Source: a virus. From it: 64,000 nucleotides of DNA. This document shows, in pieces, positions 40,893 through 50,072 of this stretch. The translations under genes were made by a program, and so were the position numbers. The notes under the pieces are model-generated. The model did not search any database. It saw only the letters and a program-made list of their open reading frames with translations, and was not told the DNA's origin. Numbering within the stretch: position 1 is the stretch's first letter; each line of letters begins with the position of its first letter. Location of the stretch: IMG/VR virus record IMGVR_UViG_3300005581_000001, positions 33,582 through 97,581 of that record; one strand, 5' to 3'.

Positions 40893-41915
40893 TTAAAAAG
40901 GTATTTCTATTAGTTCCATTAAAATCTCTTTCGCTACTTTTTTACCTTTAGCAGCAACTAAATCACTAAAATCTTTTGATTTATATGATTTATGTATCTG
41001 TATTTGAGCTATATCATATTTCATTGATATTTTAGCCCCAAATTCTTTGCCCCAATTAACTTCTTTATCATAATCATTATCATACAATAAAAATATAATT
41101 TCAAATCTTGATTTTAATTCGTCAATAACTTGTTGTTTAGGCATAACTCCCTCAGCTTGTAATGACACTGCTGGTATTCCACAAACATCATTAATAGCCA
41201 TAACGTCTTTTAATGATTTAGTTATTATTAATACATCTCCTTTTTCAGGTAACTGTTCCCAGCCCTGCCAAACTGATTCGTTATGATTATTAATCCATTT
41301 GTAATGCTCGCTTTCTGGCTGATAAATTTTATAAGTTATTTTTCCATCTTTACGTTCTTCAAATACATATGCCAATTTTTCAGCTAATACAATTTTATCT
41401 CCATAAAATAAATGACTAACTGGCTGTACTTTATATCTTAATAAAGTTTTATGAGTTATTCCAAATAAAGACCAAAATGCAAAATCGTACAAATGAAATT
41501 CTCTTGCTTTTTTTCCAAGTTTAAAAGAATTAACTGTAGCTATCATTTTTTCTCTAGACATTCCTTGAGCTGAAGCATTAATATTAGTTTTAAATGTATT
41601 TTTTATTATAAATTGACCATCTAAATTTGCATCTAATACTATTTTACTCATAGCTTCAAAAAAATCTAATCCAAACTTTAATTGTACAAATTTAATACAA
41701 TCTCCTGCTCCTAGCAAAAAGTCTTTAAAACAAACTTCTCCATTTTCGCCTATAAAGAATCCAAATGAAGCATTTTCTTCATCTCTTAATGGGGATTTAA
41801 TTGTCTTATTAAATACAAATTGTTCTGGTAAATACATTTGATATATTTCTATATCAGTAAGCTCGTTTAATAAAGCTTCTTTTGTTACGAATTTTTTATT
41901 TAAATTGATTACCAT
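40893..41915 (-). CDS. DNA primase (crAss-like, TOPRIM)
   Basis: SPLR.E..SF, FKDF..GDC, ITKSLKDVM, YDND and KDFSD motifs. Confidence 0.8.
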   Translation of the reverse strand: MVINLNKKFVTKEALLNELTDIEIYQMYLPEQFVFNKTIKSPLRDEENASFGFFIGENGEVCFKDFLLGAGDCIKFVQLKFGLDFFEAMSKIVLDANLDGQFIIKNTFKTNINASAQGMSREKMIATVNSFKLGKKAREFHLYDFAFWSLFGITHKTLLRYKVQPVSHLFYGDKIVLAEKLAYVFEERKDGKITYKIYQPESEHYKWINNHNESVWQGWEQLPEKGDVLIITKSLKDVMAINDVCGIPAVSLQAEGVMPKQQVIDELKSRFEIIFLLYDNDYDKEVNWGKEFGAKISMKYDIAQIQIHKSYKSKDFSDLVAAKGKKVAKEILMELIEIPF

Positions 41916-42303
41916 TTTTTACTATTTCTATTAATTTTTTAAGACATTCAAGTTCTGCTTTTTCATAAGTAGTAAACATACCGCTCATTTCACAATCTCC
42001 ACTTTCTCCTGAATCACATATATGAGTACCACCTCTTTCTTGATTATAATGTAATTCCCACATATAACCACTTGCATTTGAATAAACAGTATGCACTAAA
42101 TTATACTTCTCTCTAAACCATCTAAAAGCTTGTTGATAAAGTGGTGCTTTATAAGTTTTTCTATTATAATGTTCTTCTTTACCTATTATTGTTAATAGTG
42201 AAGGATTTGCGCCAAAACTACCATAGTATCCAAAACATTCTTCATTAAATCCTAATTCTTTTAAAGCTAATGCTTGTTCGTAAGGTGTAAATTCTTTTTC
42301 CAT
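41896..42303 (-). CDS. Hypothetical phage protein (ALALKELGF...APLYQQAFRWFREK)
   Basis: Resembles a common Bacteroidota-phage protein. Confidence 0.6.
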   Translation of the reverse strand: MEKEFTPYEQALALKELGFNEECFGYYGSFGANPSLLTIIGKEEHYNRKTYKAPLYQQAFRWFREKYNLVHTVYSNASGYMWELHYNQERGGTHICDSGESGDCEMSGMFTTYEKAELECLKKLIEIVKNGNQFK

Positions 42304-42506
42304 TTTATAATTTTTTTAAACGATTATAACATCTTATAATAATTTCCATTTCTTTTTCTAATTTACTATAAAAGAATCCAGGCCTATATCTACATAATAA
42401 AAATAAATAATCATTTATAGATTCTTTATACTTTTTTAAAAGTTTTTGTTTTTTAATTAATTTTTTTATATATTTTATCATATTTATTTATTTTAATTAT
42501 TTATTT

Positions 42507-42577
42507 GCGGAGTGTGGGGAATTGAACCCCTTCCCACCATTACGTGCTGCCTTTACCAATCAGGCTACAACTCCTGC
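42507..42577 (-). ncRNA. tRNA-like element with truncated anticodon arm
   Basis: Acceptor-like GGAGT/ACTCC, D arm GCCT-GATTGGTAA-AGGC, T arm GGGG-TTCAATT-CCCC; only ~17 nt between the arms. Confidence 0.6.
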
Positions 42578-42623
42578 CATTAATAATTCCTACGTTTTTA
42601 AACTGCTTATTAATTATTTATTA

Positions 42624-43205
42624 TTAGATCCAGTCATCAGTTGCTGGTGTTGCAACATTTGCAGGCGCTTCGTCTTGCTCAATAGCCTCCATAAGGTCAT
42701 TATATTGAGGTTTAGCTGGATTACTTGTTCTTCGTAATTTAGATGGTGTGGCGCCTCCTTGTTCAACAAAGTCAAATATTTTATAAACTCCAAGATATTT
42801 CTTTGGAGTACCTAATGTACCGTAGGTTACAAAAACATTTACTTTAGCACCTTCACTATTCTTTTTAGAAACTTTCATACATAAATCGATAGCTTCTTTA
42901 GCATTACTAACTGCATCAAATACATAATCATTTCCCATAATAGCTCTAGTAATAGCCAAGGCTTTACTAACTTGCGTTTTAACTTGTTGCTCTGTCGCAT
43001 CAGAACTTGGATAATAAATACCCATATTAACAGAACCATTTTCGTCAGTAAAATTGACTTTATAATCAGGTGCATTATCTGCATCTGTTGGCTGTTTTTT
43101 ATCTATACTAATAGACACGTTTTCTACTTTCCCTGCTACTCCATTGTTAAAAATCGAAAAACTTTTCGATTTAAAATCTTCTCCATTCAGATTGAAATCA
43201 CTCAT
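42624..43205 (-). CDS. Putative single-stranded DNA-binding protein
   Basis: Follows the AAA ATPase; flexible acidic/aromatic tail (ATPATDDWI). Confidence 0.55.
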   Translation of the reverse strand: MSDFNLNGEDFKSKSFSIFNNGVAGKVENVSISIDKKQPTDADNAPDYKVNFTDENGSVNMGIYYPSSDATEQQVKTQVSKALAITRAIMGNDYVFDAVSNAKEAIDLCMKVSKKNSEGAKVNVFVTYGTLGTPKKYLGVYKIFDFVEQGGATPSKLRRTSNPAKPQYNDLMEAIEQDEAPANVATPATDDWI

Positions 43206-43382
43206 ATTATTTTATTATATTTTTTATTATTATTTAAAATTGGATTTTTTAAATACCCCCAGAATCCTAACTGTGCTAACCTACGATTTAGAGGACGTCC
43301 ACGCCAACAATGACTATCCCGAAGGATTTGTTATTTCAAGTCAAGTCTGTAATTCCTGTCTTCGATCCTGTGTACTTTAGGC

Positions 43383-44150
43383 TTATTCTTTTAAAAATAT
43401 TTTAGACCAATCTACCGTAATTTTTCCAGATTCATCAGAAGTAATTAACGCTATTTTTTTGTCTTTAAGGTGCTCACATCTTGAGCCACAAGTTATTGAT
43501 TCAGACGGCATAAAGTTTACTAATGTTTCGTTATCTTCACGATACATATAACCTAACGCATCAACGTGTGCTGACAATATAGTGGCTGATTTACCAATAA
43601 GGTCTATACCACGCTCATTCATCTCTTTTCCGTCTTTTTCAAGCAATTTATCTTTCAGGTGAGAGATTATAATCAATGTTTCAAAACATTGCTTTAATTC
43701 ATCTAAAACCATCCATAATGCTTTTCTTGTGTATTGATAACCGCCACCATTAGCTAAATCTAAAACATTATCTCCTTGGAAATTTCTTCCCTGAACTGTA
43801 TTTTTATAAAGGCTTAAAGCTACTGGCATTACCATATCTTCTAAGACACTAATAGTGTCTATTGCTCCAAATTTATATACAAACCCTCCTTTAGCTTCAT
43901 TAGCTTTTTTAAGTGAATCTATAACATTTTTAAGCACCTTTATTGGTGATAATTTTTCTTCTTCTGCTATTTTAATTACATCTATTTTAAGAGCATCTAA
44001 ATAATCAGTACCTCCTTCTAAATCTATAATTAAACAATTTTCTAATTGAGAAATTGCGGTTGTTTTGCCTATTTTAGGCTTACCAAAAAGAATTATGCTT
44101 CTTGGATTTACTCTATTTGCTTTAACCATCTCGGTTGGCAATTTTATCAT
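43383..44150 (-). CDS. AAA ATPase (Sak4/AAA_24-like recombinase)
   Basis: GKPKIGKT, IIDLEGG, AIDTI and ISH motifs. Confidence 0.8.
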   Translation of the reverse strand: MIKLPTEMVKANRVNPRSIILFGKPKIGKTTAISQLENCLIIDLEGGTDYLDALKIDVIKIAEEEKLSPIKVLKNVIDSLKKANEAKGGFVYKFGAIDTISVLEDMVMPVALSLYKNTVQGRNFQGDNVLDLANGGGYQYTRKALWMVLDELKQCFETLIIISHLKDKLLEKDGKEMNERGIDLIGKSATILSAHVDALGYMYREDNETLVNFMPSESITCGSRCEHLKDKKIALITSDESGKITVDWSKIFLKE

Positions 44151-44160
44151 TCTTTATTTT

Positions 44161-44745
44161 TTAGTTTTCTAACCTAAAAAAGCTTTGCATATCGTCGTGG
44201 TATTTTTCAGAATTCCAATTTCTTAAATCGTTAATATTTTTTATTAATATTATTTGATCTTCAGTAGTTGTTATTCCGTGACCTCCGCCTTGAAACATTT
44301 CACTTTTTTGGTAATAATATATTAGCCTTTCTAACATATCTTTATATCCACTATTGTTTTTTATTTTAATATAATTATTAAGAAATAAAATATTTTTTTC
44401 TTTATAATTTTTACCATAAGCTGGATAATATTCAAATAAAATTCTAAATAATGTTGTAAATACTTTAATGTAAAATATATTTTTAAATCTAGTTAATTCG
44501 ATTGTATCATCATCAATTATCTTTAGTTTTAAATCACATATTTTAGCTAATCTTTTAATATAAATCCTGGAATATTTACCAGTATCTTCAGTGAAAAAGT
44601 TACTCAATATTAATTTATCCTTGATATTTAAACTTTCTCTATATAATGATGAATAACAAACGTGATCTTTTTCTTTTCTTAAGATTTTTCCTTTTTCATC
44701 TTGTATTGAATATGTAACAAGATAATCTGATGATAGTTTTCTCAT
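44161..44745 (-). CDS. Hypothetical protein, 194 aa
   Basis: CYS...RILFE...GH pattern like 27455-28117. Confidence 0.55.
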   Translation of the reverse strand: MRKLSSDYLVTYSIQDEKGKILRKEKDHVCYSSLYRESLNIKDKLILSNFFTEDTGKYSRIYIKRLAKICDLKLKIIDDDTIELTRFKNIFYIKVFTTLFRILFEYYPAYGKNYKEKNILFLNNYIKIKNNSGYKDMLERLIYYYQKSEMFQGGGHGITTTEDQIILIKNINDLRNWNSEKYHDDMQSFFRLEN

Positions 44746-45858
44746 TTAATTTTTTTTAATATTTTTCATAAAATTATAAACTTTTTCTATTCCAGCTTTA
44801 TTTTCTGGCTTTGGTAATTCTTTAAAATAATTAACTGCTCCATTGAAATATAGAGGGCATATTGTCCCAGCGCCTCCATCTCTAGCTGTAATTATTTCAA
44901 GAAATCTGATATTATCTTTAAATTCAGTAATATCATAACCCATATATTCAGGTATTTCATTACGATAAGGACTGAATAATCCAAAAGCTACATTAATATC
45001 TCTACTAGTTAATTTATTATCTCCTAAATTAGCTAAAGAAGGCCTTAACATTCCTGCTTTCTTATGCTCTATATTTTCACCAACCAATGCTTGTTGCTGA
45101 ACAATTACTCCAATGTAATTAAACCTATTACGTAGTTTAATTAAGTAATCTGATGATAATACTGACATACTTTCGTGAAGACTTAAATGCACTCCATTTC
45201 GTTTCTCTGATGATATTAATCCAATATGGTCTATAATCGTTATTACATATTCATCAGGATCTTTTGGCTCATAATAATCCACTACTTTTGTAATATTACC
45301 ATCTATATCAATATCTTTATAATGAATTTCCCCATTAGCCATTGCATAATCTCTTACTAATGTAAATATTCCAAAAGGATGTCTTACTGAATCTATAAAT
45401 TCAACAACTTCTTCTATTTTATCAAAATATGGTTGATATTTTGTTATTATATCAAGATATTCTTGACTTAATGGTTTAGAATATTGTGTTGATTTTAATT
45501 CTTTAGGAGAAACAACTATACCTTCTTTCATATATAGTATATTTGAAAAGCAAGATAACATTTTCTCCTCTTTAGACATTTCTAATGTAAAATAGAATAT
45601 TTTTAATCTAATATCTAAATTATTATCAATTACCTGCTGTATAACATTATATAAAAATAACCAATCGGTAATTTGTGTTTTGCCAACCTTAGTCGCAGCT
45701 GTTACTAAATATATCTTACCCTTTTCAATTCCTGGAGATTCTTCTTCAAATCTTGGTAAGCCCCAGGGGATACAATTTATTTTTCCGTCAAGTATCCTTT
45801 GACGTTTATCTTGAATACTTTTAAATGTTCTTAAAAATAATTCTCCTTTTTTATTCAT
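44746..45858 (-). CDS. DnaB-like replicative helicase
   Basis: AATKVGKT, FTLEMS, IIDHIGL, VQQQ and RDG motifs. Confidence 0.85.
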   Translation of the reverse strand: MNKKGELFLRTFKSIQDKRQRILDGKINCIPWGLPRFEEESPGIEKGKIYLVTAATKVGKTQITDWLFLYNVIQQVIDNNLDIRLKIFYFTLEMSKEEKMLSCFSNILYMKEGIVVSPKELKSTQYSKPLSQEYLDIITKYQPYFDKIEEVVEFIDSVRHPFGIFTLVRDYAMANGEIHYKDIDIDGNITKVVDYYEPKDPDEYVITIIDHIGLISSEKRNGVHLSLHESMSVLSSDYLIKLRNRFNYIGVIVQQQALVGENIEHKKAGMLRPSLANLGDNKLTSRDINVAFGLFSPYRNEIPEYMGYDITEFKDNIRFLEIITARDGGAGTICPLYFNGAVNYFKELPKPENKAGIEKVYNFMKNIKKN

Positions 45859-45923
45859 TTATCGCCATAATTTATTAATTACGTTGACATTTTTTGTTTT
45901 ATCTTTTTATTTTTTTATTATAT

Positions 45924-46352
45924 TTATAATTTGTTTGAAATGTCATCATACATTCTTAAAGAATATCCATCAACTCCGATATTTTCGTAGTAGTTGCTTT
46001 CGCTATAGTTGGTAATATAGTAACCATTGCTGTTTTCCATATATTTAATCACAACTTTATTAATTTGCGTACACCAAACTAAAGCAATACATTTTTCTTC
46101 ATCAATTATTTCTTTAATAATTTTTATTAAAGATTTCAAAGAAGTTAATCTAAATCTAGTTTTAACTATTAAATGTAGTTCACTAATACTTCTATATGCT
46201 GATTTATTGTCACATTGAATGTCTAAGCATTTTTCATCTCTATAAGTTATAACTCCTTTTTGCATAATCAACTTCCTCATAAAAGCTTTTCTAGTCTGAG
46301 TAGGTGCAATATCAATTTCAGATACATATATTTTTTCAGCAATTTCTTTCAT
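45924..46352 (-). CDS. Hypothetical protein, 142 aa
   Basis: ORF in the operon. Confidence 0.5.
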   Translation of the reverse strand: MKEIAEKIYVSEIDIAPTQTRKAFMRKLIMQKGVITYRDEKCLDIQCDNKSAYRSISELHLIVKTRFRLTSLKSLIKIIKEIIDEEKCIALVWCTQINKVVIKYMENSNGYYITNYSESNYYENIGVDGYSLRMYDDISNKL

Positions 46353-46356
46353 TTTT

Positions 46357-46938
46357 TTATGTTAATTTTTTAGTCCAATCACTTTCTACACTTGCATCTT
46401 CATCTATAAAACTAGACAGCCTACTTTGCTCTCCAAATGCGTCTTTTTTGTATATAAAATAATCAGCTTGTTGTAAATATTTATAATCATCAACTGATTT
46501 TATATAAGCTTTTGAAGCATTATATATGTTATCAATTGAATATTTTGGATTCTCTAACATCCATCTTTGTAATTTTTCTCTACAACCATTTGTAGAGCCC
46601 ATAGAACCAGGTTTCAATCCCTTCCATAGTTCTCTGTACTTATCTACAAAGTTTTCTAAATCACTATCGATTGCTCTTGATGATTTTTTAACTGTTTTTT
46701 TATTATTTATTGAGCCAATACTATCTATTGTAAGAAACTCTATTAAAAGCTTACCTTTTTCTCTGATTACATTTTCATCTTGTAATATTTTTATATAATT
46801 TTTTTCTTGTAAACTTAATAGATGTTTGTCTTCTAAATCATCTTCTTTATTATAGATGGATAATAAGCATACAAATTCTTTTAATGTAATATTTTGCTCT
46901 TTAAACAGATTTAAATCTATTATATAAGCTTTATCCAT
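46357..46938 (-). CDS. Putative replication initiator / helicase loader
   Basis: wHTH-like N-terminus and DnaD-like C-terminus (YLQQADYFIYK), upstream of DnaB; function inferred. Confidence 0.4.
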   Translation of the reverse strand: MDKAYIIDLNLFKEQNITLKEFVCLLSIYNKEDDLEDKHLLSLQEKNYIKILQDENVIREKGKLLIEFLTIDSIGSINNKKTVKKSSRAIDSDLENFVDKYRELWKGLKPGSMGSTNGCREKLQRWMLENPKYSIDNIYNASKAYIKSVDDYKYLQQADYFIYKKDAFGEQSRLSSFIDEDASVESDWTKKLT

Positions 46939-47104
46939 TAATCTGTCCTATTTTTATTTCAATAAACTTTACACTTTCTTTTTCTTCCCAAGTAAATCCT
47001 TTTGTTGAAAAATCTTTTTTATTAACAACAAATGCTTCAGGATAATTATACATCATAACTAGCCATTTAGGTTGAATAACTTTAGTTTTTTCTGTTTTAC
47101 TCAT
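46931..47104 (-). CDS. Small hypothetical protein
   Basis: Coupled short ORF (MSKTEKT...). Confidence 0.4.
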   Translation of the reverse strand: MSKTEKTKVIQPKWLVMMYNYPEAFVVNKKDFSTKGFTWEEKESVKFIEIKIGQING

Positions 47105-47282
47105 CGAAATCAATTATATCTTCATTTAAACTTAACACATAGTCTTCTTCAAGCTCTGATGTCACGTATCCGTCACCATTACATAAATCACATTTCTTAT
47201 ATTCAAATCCACGTGCCTCTTTAGCTACCATAATTTCTTTAGCACCTACACATTTAGGGCATATTTCTAATCCTTTTCTCAT
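47097..47282 (-). CDS. Small DnaJ-type Zn-finger protein
   Basis: CPKCVG...CDLCNGDG. Confidence 0.6.
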   Translation of the reverse strand: MRKGLEICPKCVGAKEIMVAKEARGFEYKKCDLCNGDGYVTSELEEDYVLSLNEDIIDFDE

Positions 47283-47284
47283 AA

Positions 47285-47515
47285 TTAATAAATTAAGTTA
47301 TAATATTGTTTTATCGATTCTACTTCATAATCTATTCTATTCATATCTAAATAATCTGCTATAGCGTGAATACTAATACATAATCCTAATGATTCCCATA
47401 TAAATTCAGATATTTCAATAGGATTAGATGTTTTATATTCTTCCATAATTAAATCAACAGCCATTGATAATTCTGAATAAGGTTTTGTTGCCATAATTAT
47501 TTTGTTAAAATCCAA
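47285..47515 (-). CDS. Hypothetical protein, 76 aa
   Basis: ORF in the operon. Confidence 0.45.
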   Translation of the reverse strand: MDFNKIIMATKPYSELSMAVDLIMEEYKTSNPIEISEFIWESLGLCISIHAIADYLDMNRIDYEVESIKQYYNLIY

Positions 47516-47886
47516 TACGTTAAAAATAACTGTATATAATGTAATAATTGGTCGAATCCAATACTTACAAAAAAGTTATGTATTTTACCATTTTCCCATA
47601 ACTTACTATTTAGCCTACTAGTAAAATAATCTGTTATTGTGTGAAAAATAAATGTAATAATTACGAATTTAGTTAAATCAAATTCATTATAATTCCAGTA
47701 TTCAAAACTAAAATTTCCAATAACAAGTCCAACCCCAATTGCATACCAAAAAGAACTATATATAAATGTATGTGATAGCAAATCATTCCAGTTCTTACTT
47801 TTTCCTTTTGCTTGTTTATCTGTTTGTAATACAAAATCAGCAAACCAATGTATCGTTAAGATACTAAATATTTCTATTAAATTCAT
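47497..47886 (-). CDS. DUF3307-like membrane protein
   Basis: HWFADFVLQ, SH, HTITD and DQLLH motifs with transmembrane segments. Confidence 0.75.
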   Translation of the reverse strand: MNLIEIFSILTIHWFADFVLQTDKQAKGKSKNWNDLLSHTFIYSSFWYAIGVGLVIGNFSFEYWNYNEFDLTKFVIITFIFHTITDYFTSRLNSKLWENGKIHNFFVSIGFDQLLHYIQLFLTYWILTK

Positions 47887-48119
47887 AAAAATTTTTTTAT
47901 TATTTCATAATCAACTTCTTCAAATCTATCTTCTTCTATAAATTTCACCGTTGCTATGTATTTATCATTAAATCCTTTCATTGTTGTATTTCTAAGACCT
48001 GATAAATAACATAATTTACCACTTTTAGACGAGAATATATGTGCGTTGTAGGGTATTATATATTTAACACCGTTAATTTCATAATACCCTTCCCCACATC
48101 TTAATCTTTTAGAGTTCAA
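47883..48119 (-). CDS. Hypothetical protein, 78 aa
   Basis: Coupled ORF. Confidence 0.45.
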   Translation of the reverse strand: MNSKRLRCGEGYYEINGVKYIIPYNAHIFSSKSGKLCYLSGLRNTTMKGFNDKYIATVKFIEEDRFEEVDYEIIKKFL

Positions 48120-48330
48120 AACTTGTAGCTCCTAAATCGTGAGCAGTATCTTCAAAAACTTCTAATATATCGTCTAAATTTTTATCACGTTTTTTATCGT
48201 TATAAAAAATAGATTTATTAATAGGTTGACGTTGCTTTACTCCATTTTCATAGATATAAGTAACGTGACCTCCTCCTTCAAATTTAGCTGAATTTAGCTT
48301 TTCTAATAATTCTTGTTTAGTTTGTGGCAT
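48109..48330 (-). CDS. Hypothetical protein, 73 aa
   Basis: Coupled ORF. Confidence 0.5.
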   Translation of the reverse strand: MPQTKQELLEKLNSAKFEGGGHVTYIYENGVKQRQPINKSIFYNDKKRDKNLDDILEVFEDTAHDLGATSFEL

Positions 48331-48333
48331 AAT

Positions 48334-49092
48334 TTATTTATTTAATTTTTGTTTTACTAATTCTTTTAGTTTTTCTCTTATTATTTTTTTATAATGAGCT
48401 GATATGTCACGATGTAACATTATATCTGAAGCTTCTTTATAGGATAAACAAGGTTTATTCATTAAAATATATTCTTCAGCTTTTTCTTTTGTTGAATATA
48501 ACACTTTACTTTTTATTAAATTAATATAATTAATTCTTTTTTCAGCAATACTCTTAGTTATTTCCCAATCTTCTGGGTAATGAATTTGATAATAATAATC
48601 ATCTTCAAAAATATCAACACCATCTTCAGTTTGAAAAATTGGTTGTTTAGCTTTTACTAATTTATCTAAAGGTTGATTATATACCCAGCATCCATCTAAA
48701 TTTTTGTAATTAACTTTAATATCATCATTAGTAACAAAAATATAATCGATAATACAAATTTTATCTATAAAACGATCATTTATAACTTTATCACCAACAG
48801 TAAATACTTCACCATCAGATAATCTTTTAATTGAGTGAATTTTATAAAATCTTTCACAATATTCTACAGTGTGTTCCTGCATAAATTCTTTAGATAAAAA
48901 ATAATTATTTTTATTTTCTTTTATATAAATTGAAAGATTGTTTTCATTTAAATAAGATAATACTTCATAATCTTTTTCAATAATTTCTTCCCAAAATTCA
49001 GGATATTTACTACAATCAGATATAATATATTCATTTGTACATCCTAACTTAACACTTCCGGGATATTCTTTAATTAATTTATATTTTTTCAT
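48334..49092 (-). CDS. Hypothetical phage protein, 252 aa
   Basis: YKLIKEYPGS, KRLSDGEVFTVGD and TEDGVDIFE motifs. Confidence 0.6.
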   Translation of the reverse strand: MKKYKLIKEYPGSVKLGCTNEYIISDCSKYPEFWEEIIEKDYEVLSYLNENNLSIYIKENKNNYFLSKEFMQEHTVEYCERFYKIHSIKRLSDGEVFTVGDKVINDRFIDKICIIDYIFVTNDDIKVNYKNLDGCWVYNQPLDKLVKAKQPIFQTEDGVDIFEDDYYYQIHYPEDWEITKSIAEKRINYINLIKSKVLYSTKEKAEEYILMNKPCLSYKEASDIMLHRDISAHYKKIIREKLKELVKQKLNK

Positions 49093-49437
49093 AATTAATG
49101 TTGTTTAATTAATGAATTTTCATATAAAACTGTATTATTTTTATTGAAGAAATAATCATCAATAATATTTTGTTTTTTGGTAGTAAATGTTGTTTTTGTG
49201 TGTAATAAATACACAGGAAATCCTAATATGTCTACACATATTCTGCAATAAAATAATACTATAATCTTTTTCATATTTATTTAGTTTTAATTAGTTAATT
49301 GTTTGTTTATCATATATTGTTAATTATTAAAAAATGTGGGCTTATCAGCCGCTGCTTCACCGTTACAACTCCTCTTTCAAGTTGCACTGAGTTCACCCAC
49401 ATTAATCAACTAACTAAACATATTATGAAAATGTTTG

Positions 49438-49504
49438 TGAGATAAGGAAGAATCGAACTTCCATACACGGATATTCACCGCCCTAGCTTACTCATCGCTA
49501 TCTC
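49438..49504 (-). ncRNA. tRNA-like element with no D stem and a non-canonical anticodon loop
   Basis: Acceptor GAGATAG/TTATCTC+A, T arm GGAAG-TTCGATT-CTTCC, stem GCGG-TGAATAT-CCGT lacking U33. Confidence 0.55.
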
Positions 49505-49840
49505 ATCACTTTTTACCAAAGTATCGACATTATACACGTATGTATAATTTATTATTTAAGCATATGGATCAGGCGTGTCATCGTCTAATATATACATTAT
49601 AAATCCAATTAATATACCAGCTATAATTGCAGTTGTTATTGTCATAATATTTTTTGTTTTAGTTAATAATAAAATAATAGTGTAGGTTGTTAATCTACAT
49701 TTCCCCAATTATAAGTTTTATTCTTATGTTATACGACTAGATTTAAGAATTTATATAACTGCTTATAATTGTTACATCTACTGATAAGGGTGCTAAACGT
49801 TTGCACTAACTATTATTTTTAACACATACACACTTATTTG

Positions 49841-49914
49841 TGATCTAAAAAGTAATCGAACCTTTGACCTACTGATTATGAGTCAGTTGCTCTAACCTAC
49901 TGAGCTATTAGATC
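49841..49914 (-). tRNA. tRNA with CAT anticodon (Ile2/lysidine-type or Met)
   Basis: GATCTAA-TA-GCTC AGTAGGTTA GAGC-A-ACTGA CTCATAA TCAGT-AGGTC-AAAGG TTCGATT ACTTT-TTAGATC-A; one T-stem mismatch. Confidence 0.85.
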
Positions 49915-50072
49915 GTTGATAGAACTTCACATACTATGTAATCCTATTCTATCTGGTAACACTGAGCTGTTACAGGGTTTGTCGTGATGCTAACTACATC
50001 CACAAACACGATACTTTCTTAGTGTTAGATCAAGTATCACAATCTTAACTGATTGATTATCAGTACTATACG

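Noticed and set aside
49333-49403. CTGATAAG and GAAA suggesting a hammerhead; GGTGCTAA (here and near 55350) suggesting a SAM-I riboswitch
   Set aside because: Core spacing and the required helices do not fit either family.
49790-49812. TTAGTGCAAACGTT (- strand) resembles the 3' core of hatchet ribozymes
   Set aside because: The other hatchet elements were not found in the right order on the same strand; kept only as an unnamed structure.
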